This document shows positions 40,297 through 45,753 of a DNA stretch of 45,753 nucleotides, piece by piece. Location: assembly GCA_001662655.1 (NCBI GenBank), contig KV460245.1. One strand, written 5' to 3'. The notes under the pieces were generated by a model. It made no database searches, had not been told where the DNA came from, and was given only the letters and a program-made list of their open reading frames with translations. Source of the stretch: Pseudogymnoascus verrucosus (taxonomy: Eukaryota). The position numbers were made by a program, and so were the translations under genes. Numbering within the stretch: position 1 is the stretch's first letter; the number at the start of each line of letters is the position of its first letter.

Positions 40297-42883
40297 GTAC
40301 GTATCTTCGTAAAAGCACTCTGTGTGGGTGTAAAGTGGGTGCAAGCGGAATTTCCTGAACGTGTCAAGCTGACTTTCCGACTTCTTTTTTTAAACAACCC
40401 TGCAGCACCTAAACAATGGTACTTGACCCGTGCCTCGTGACATGTACAGCCGAAGTACTCCCACTAATATTACTACTATTACTAAACATTTCTCCCACCT
40501 GCCAACGCTTGGTCATACTTGGTAATACTTGGTCGACTTCCAACTAACTGCCAACTCATGTACTGCCCTACCAACCCCCTACCAACCCCCTACCAACCCG
40601 CATCCGGAGCGCGGATCTAGCCCGCGTGGGTACTCTGTTGAGTTGTGTAGGACGGACTCGAGTACGACCCAAGCTGTGATGCACAGACCACACACCACAC
40701 ACCAAGCGTCTGAGATTGTGGCTGAACAGAGATTTCACTGCCTGTCGTCTTATCCGTGTGGTTCGCATACTGACCATGGGAGTGCCACGGGGCGCCATGG
40801 GGCTTGACATGTGTGGCTGACTCCCGCAAAAAAGTGCCACATGTCCCGGAAGTCCCAGCTCACAACGGTCCCACGTTGTCGTCTTCCCCGTGTCTGGCCG
40901 CTTTTCCTCCTCCTGTTTTCCTCACCGATCTTCGCTCCCTCGCTTCAACCCAGCTACTGTCTCTCCCTCCCCCCCCCCCATGCACGGCTGGCCGCACACT
41001 CCCTTGCTGGCCTGACACTTTTTTGACATGCGACTCCCGGACTTGTATCCCTAACTCCCGGCCCTAACTGCCAGACAGTCCCCCGACGGCGGTCGCTCGT
41101 TACCTCCGTTCTCGCTCACTCCGGTCCCATCCGCGCCCACTGTAAACGTCCGCTGTAAACGTCCCGGGCTGTAAACAGGCAGCGGGAGAATTGACCCTAA
41201 TGCACATCCCCCTACGGAGTTATGACAACTGCCCTTCAACACCTCCGACCGTCCGGTTGGCCGGAGTCGCCCACACACGTCAGCTCCCTCCGTCTGTTTG
41301 TGTCTCTCTCCCGCCCAATTTTCGCTCTCACTTATTCCGCTATCTCCGCGGGGATCATTACTCCATCCCGTACATTACTGCATCCCGCACTTTTGGCCAG
41401 ACCTTTTTTGTCGCATATGACGCTCTTGGCGTGTTTTCTGCTGTAGGTACTGTTCCACAGGGCCGGGTTAGCGGCTTTGATGCGGTCGGTTAGGTTTGTT
41501 GGGTTTCTCGGGGTCAGCGATCGAATCTAGATCTACTAACATCGACACTATACTGCTTTAGGCAATATTCTGGAAGTCTCTGCGTTGTGACGTTGCACGC
41601 TTGTCCCTTGCTGATTAAGCGGCCCCGGTCCTTCCGCCATCAGTGACACTCCACGGGCACGGTGATTTTCGTTGTTGGGACTCGATCCCTGTTCATGCAA
41701 CATTCAGTCTCAACCATCCTTCTCATTTTTCCGTCTCTATTGCCTTGGTTTGCTTCCGCATTCCATGACATAGTATGTTTAGGATGTGTGTATGTGGTGG
41801 ATATTTATTTACCCATTAGCTCCGGTGGTGGTTTCAGTCGCACATAGGAGTAGTGAAGTTGCAGGGAAAACCTATGCGATGGTGGGCGATGAGTGAGAAC
41901 AAATAATCCACCATCAGTTACTTTATAGATCTAAATGCCTCGTATTCGATATCAGTAATACAGGCACGGTGTCGAACTATTGATTTTTACTTGCAGATAT
42001 GTAACGTTGGTATAGTAAAGCTGATAAATTATTATACTGCGGAATATATATTTTATATTTTTAGGTCAACTTAAAAAATATTACCACGGACAACACGAGT
42101 AAAATTATCCACACACATTTAGATCTCCACAGTCACAGATACGAGAACCAAGTAGCAGAATATATGGCCATTTGCAAGTAGTAACTATAATACACCAGAA
42201 AACTCGAAGAGATAAACAGAACAGTAAAACGCAAGCGCGACTATTATTTCCATGTAATTAGTGATATAATACGACAACTGATACAGCCCAGGCGAGAACA
42301 TTCCTGCCTGCCAACCGCACGTGTATTTGGAATTTCAGCACTTCCGAGTTTACAAGTAGTATAAATGCCTCGACCAGCGTGACTCTGAAATATGTCTCCA
42401 GCCTTATAGTTTCCGGCCGTGAATACGAGTTGTATTCATGCTTATTTAATAGCCGGACGCAACTCAAGATTATCGTCGGCCAAATCACAGCCACGACAGC
42501 CTCATCCCACAGAATAATCGAGTAAAGTTACGACACGAGATACCGACTACCAATACTCGTACCTACGTACAGAGCCTGATAGACAGGGCCGAGAAGTAAA
42601 CAGGACGCGCATCTCGCATTTCACAAGTCACGATACGAGTATTGGGCGGAACAAATAATCACGGGCAAGCAGAAAGACGCGTCATGTGCATTTGGTGGAT
42701 TTCATTATCTCGTGGGCCACCAGCCCATACCAGAAGAGTCCCCATATCCGTATGGTACAATACTTTAACACCTAAAAAGCAAACCCGTGTCCCATTGTCA
42801 TCAGTGACCGCCGCACCCGCAGATTCCACCCCAGCCCATAGCCAGGGGAAGAAGATTCGTAAGAGAACATGAAAAGAAGACGC

Positions 42884-43344
<461 letters not shown>

Positions 43345-44301
43345 ATTGAAAGTTGTTGTTGGTGAAGAGAAGTGGTTGGTGTATGGGTGTGGCGGAAATG
43401 AACCTTGTTGATGGTGATAGTCGTGGGTATTGTTGGTCGAGATATTGAGAGAAGAGAGGAGTGCTTGGAGTGGGGTGGCCGTGAGGTATAAGAAGTCGTA
43501 GGCGTTGGGACGGATCACGCAAATTAGGCGAGTTTGGGGATATGGAAGGCGCGTCTCAGGATCAGTGATTTCGGGGGATACGCTAGTCCTAATTGGCGCA
43601 ATATTGAAGCGAGGAGTTTACTGGCTGGACTGTGGGGTTAGCAGCAGTCATGGGAATGCGAACAGCGTGAACAGTGAGATTTACACTTGACCTTCACATT
43701 TCGCGAGGCATAGTAGATACAGCAGAGGGTACATTACGGCAATCTCATAGTAAATTCACATAAACCCCAAAAATATGCTCATCCTGTGCCGGCCGTAGAT
43801 TACTACACTACTATTACTGATATTGTTTTGATGTAAATATATAAATCACGTGCATAGTCAGTCCTCAGTGTATGGTACGTACACACGCGTAAACAAACAA
43901 TGGGAGCAGTGGCTGCGGTGTTGATTCGCTAAGAGCGTGAAATCGATAGCATGTCGAGTATCTGATTGGCTGCAGACCGAGCCAAAACTTCACGTTCGAT
44001 TTTCGCTAAATCTATTATCGCTCCTTATCACTCCCCAAATCACGCTAAGACATACTACCGGTAACAGAAGTAGCCTAACCCGCAAAACTGCCTATCCGCG
44101 CCTGCCTTGCGCCATACAAAAAACCATAACAACTGACAATCGAATCACCCACGCTAAGCGAATGCAGACCGCCAATACAAATACCCACCACTCCCACATC
44201 CTTCGCCTCTTCCTCTTCTTCCATCAACAACTCCACTTTCGACCAACGATAATCAACCATCCACTTCATCAACAACCCCATAACATCCATCATCATCAAC
44301 A
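43345..44301. promoter_or_regulatory. Bidirectional H4/H3 promoter
   Basis: Lies between divergent histone genes. Contains ACGCGT (43885-43890), GTAAACAA (43889-43896), CACGTG, ATTGG boxes and TATA-like elements. Confidence 0.75.
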
Positions 44302-44888
<587 letters not shown>

Positions 44889-45528
44889 ATTTCTACTTGG
44901 GTTCTCGACTATCAAGATCATGCCTGATGTACGCGCAATTGCCTTGACCGCATGCCTACGGGTTTGGGTGGGATATTGAGATCGCACGTTTGGTATTGAT
45001 CTGGTGGATGCAATAATGGTTACGGGGTGGGGTTTATGGGTTCGGCAATGGAGTTATCTGCCTTCGGATTTGCGTTTTGCACAAAGGGTGTGTACATTAC
45101 TCGACCAGCGATAGTGCGCTGAGTCTTATGACAAATAGATGACGAATCACGATTCTTCATCACCTTCAAACAAAACCATGAGCACCACCAATACATTGAC
45201 ACGTGACGTGACTGTAAAAATACCAATAATAAAAACGGCAATTCACTATGAACGGCGACCCCAGGATTGTTTATGGTTGTTTGCAGGCGCGTGTAGAAAT
45301 GCATATCAAGTATCTGGCGTGACGCGTCTTCAAAAGGGGACACACAATATGCTCGTACCGTCCAAAACTCTCTAAAGACGGACGACCTCAACTGAGGATT
45401 GATGTCCAACATTTAAGGTGACAGAACATGTTTTCTTTACCTCTATTTATGAGTGAGTGACTGGATTATTGATCGCAGGCCTAAGTGATTGTGCGCATTT
45501 ACTTAAATTATAGTTACTGTAATTACTA

Positions 45529-45753
45529 ACGTAAGTCATGGTGTAAGCGGCGATATGGCGTAAGCGGCGATAAGTACCCTTACATATAAATTTGTATGCA
45601 AAGGTACTTCTACATCCGAAACTAAAAACTTAAATAGCTCTATAGACAAAAATTATTAGGCTTAGCTGTTCGATATTTAGGTTCTATATATAGGCCTTTA
45701 CTTAACATAAAAACACTAGTGTTACTAGTGTCTTTTTGCAACGCTAATTTAAG
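45529..45753. mobile_element. Probable end of a pogo/Fot1-type DNA transposon (TIR about 45529-45572), RIP-like degraded, truncated by the window edge
   Basis: TA followed by ACGTAA and two tandem 17-bp repeats TGGYGTAAGCGGCGATA, the layout of Tan1/Vader-like TIRs. Downstream sequence is AT- and TpA-rich. Confidence 0.6.

Noticed and set aside
41049..41200. CCCTAA motifs suggesting a telomerase RNA template
   Set aside because: The best match, TGACCCTAA, lacks the 1.5-repeat TAACCCTAA template needed for TTAGGG synthesis.
41344..41361. CTCCGCGGGGATCATTAC resembles the 18S rRNA 3' end
   Set aside because: Only GGATCATTA matches, and the flanks show no rDNA similarity.
39188..41493. Many short His/Thr/Pro-rich ORFs and a possible CRISPR-like reading of the decamer arrays
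   Set aside because: The ORFs are translations of microsatellites. The arrays have no unique spacers and the genome is eukaryotic.

Overview
Gene-dense eukaryotic window from a filamentous ascomycete (Pezizomycotina), judged from short GT-AG introns with CTRAC/CTAAY branch sites, a two-subunit ATP-citrate lyase and a pentafunctional AROM. A Leotiomycete origin is only a guess. In order it contains: the 5' exon of a BSC6-like MFS transporter (-), a TYW4/PPM2 methyltransferase-Kelch-JmjC fusion (-), ATG18 (+), the divergent ACL1 (-)/ACL2 (+) pair, a GH72 Gas/Gel glucanosyltransferase (+), a small unannotated Cys-rich ORF (-), a three-finger C2H2 transcription factor (-), RAD3/XPD (+, 10 exons), PRP3 (-), RNA polymerase I largest subunit (+), ARO1 (+), an Rpn4-like C2H2 factor (-), a ~4 kb repeat-rich non-coding stretch, the divergent histone H4 (-)/H3 (+) pair, and a probable pogo/Fot1-type transposon end with RIP-like sequence at the right edge. 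I see no tRNA, rRNA or CRISPR, and no clearly new multi-gene system. The most interesting signals are regulatory or splicing-level: H3 exon 2 starts with GTAAGT, so splicing regenerates a donor; there is an exact PACE element in the Rpn4-like gene's own promoter; that gene has a stop-free 63-nt intron; ARO1 has a uORF; and there is a small Cys-rich ORF with its own TATA and AP-1 sites. Exon boundaries were read by eye and need RNA-seq confirmation.
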